Assembly (NCBI GenBank): GCA_944321905.1
Contig: CALUNI010000001.1
Span: forward strand, 9,940 to 73,939
Length of the DNA stretch: 64,000 bases
Direction: 5' to 3'
Source of the DNA: an uncultured Muribaculaceae bacterium
Lineage (GTDB): Bacteria > Bacteroidota > Bacteroidia > Bacteroidales > Muribaculaceae
Under the pieces are notes generated by a model. The model saw only the letters and a program-made list of their open reading frames with translations. It was not told the origin of the DNA and did not search any database. The position numbers and the translations under genes are program-made. Position 1 is the stretch's first letter. Every line of letters begins with the position of its first letter. Positions 63,441 to 64,000 of this stretch are shown piece by piece.

Positions 63441-64000
63441 ATGAAACGATTGAAAATACTACGCATAGTCTTCTCGGTGGCATTCGCGGTGCTGCTCACT
63501 CTGGCGCTGCTAAGCCACGACCCGCAACAGGCATCGTGGCTCGGCTGGACGTGCCGACTGCAACTGCTGCCCGCCGTGCTGTCGCTCTCGGCAGGCGTAT
63601 GCCTGTTCTGGCTTGCCGTTACCCTATTCATAGGCCGCATATACTGCTCAACGGTATGCCCGCTCGGTGTAATACAAGACCTGTTCGGGAGAATCGGGAA
63701 AATGCTGCGGCGCAACCGCGACGGAAGCCTGCGGCTATACCGATACTCGCAAGCCGAGAACCGGCTTCGTTACGTCATACTGGGCGTAGTCGTCATTTGC
63801 ATAATGGCCGGGCAAATGTTCCTGCCGGAGATAATCGACCCATACTTCGTGTTTGCAAATCTCATCGACAACCTGTCGGGGGCGGTATCCGATTCCATGC
63901 TTGGAGAAGTGGTGCTACCGGGCGCGCTCGGCATTGCCATCTCGGCTGTAACGCTTGTAACGGTATCGGCACTGGCGTTCAAGAACGGGCGCACTTTCTG
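63441..64000 (+). CDS. 4Fe-4S-binding polytopic membrane protein (NapH/MauN-like), 5' partial; continues past the window end
   Basis: This ORF is not in the supplied track because it has no stop in the window. I translated it by hand from the ATG at 63441 and the frame stays open to 64000: MKRLKILRIVFSVAFAVLL...GRIYCSTVCPLGVIQDLF.... It has hydrophobic helices plus a CxxxCP motif. Confidence 0.5.
   Translation, partial: MKRLKILRIVFSVAFAVLLTLALLSHDPQQASWLGWTCRLQLLPAVLSLSAGVCLFWLAVTLFIGRIYCSTVCPLGVIQDLFGRIGKMLRRNRDGSLRLYRYSQAENRLRYVILGVVVICIMAGQMFLPEIIDPYFVFANLIDNLSGAVSDSMLGEVVLPGALGIAISAVTLVTVSALAFKNGRTF

Noticed and set aside
1-64000. I looked for CRISPR arrays, tRNA or rRNA genes, transposases, toxin-antitoxin pairs, restriction-modification genes and other defence genes.
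   Set aside because: By eye I saw no regularly spaced direct repeats, no cloverleaf-like or rRNA-like stretches in the intergenic regions, and no ORF with nuclease, methylase or transposase signatures. An Infernal/tRNAscan and PADLOC/DefenseFinder run would be the decisive check.

Overview
This window looks like chromosomal DNA from a Bacteroidales (Bacteroidota) genome. The supporting signs are SusC/SusD pairs, a hybrid two-component regulator, lipoprotein signal peptides, TAnnTTTG-type -7 promoter boxes and T9SS C-terminal sorting domains. The taxon call is an inference. I call 46 protein-coding genes and found no rRNA, tRNA or CRISPR array. The only mobile-element signal is one tyrosine recombinase at the left edge.

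Gene blocks, left to right:
- An ansA / sensor-kinase-like / mscS / GNAT string on the minus strand.
- A conserved block of acyltransferase, sigma-54 activator, lptE-like gene, hypothetical gene and secG.
- A DUF4249 plus TonB-dependent receptor pair.
- A P1B-type metal ATPase.
- wbqC-lepB-dapB.
- A TonB-dependent receptor plus beta-helix lipoprotein pair.
- HAD-aroB.
- An LpxH-like phosphoesterase plus glycosyltransferase pair.
- A PAPS-generating sulfotransferase operon: SLC13 permease, cysC, cysD, cysN, sulfotransferase and a secreted protein.
- A polysaccharide utilisation locus (PUL) of about 24 kb at 37.9-62.1 kb. It holds GH2, three GH43 genes, a GH clan-A enzyme, SusC/SusD/DUF3823, a PA14 protein, two paralogous family-unassigned large secreted proteins and an HTCS regulator.
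- miaA and a partial 4Fe-4S membrane protein.

Most interesting observations:
1. The two paralogous unassigned, putatively (alpha/alpha)6-like PUL proteins. One of them, and the PA14 protein, carry T9SS sorting domains.
2. A hybrid kinase whose phospho-acceptor His and Asp both appear to be substituted.
3. The PAPS/sulfotransferase operon and its co-transcribed secreted protein.

I did not see a recognisable defence system or other clearly unprecedented system. All family assignments come from motif recognition by eye and need HMM or structure searches to confirm.
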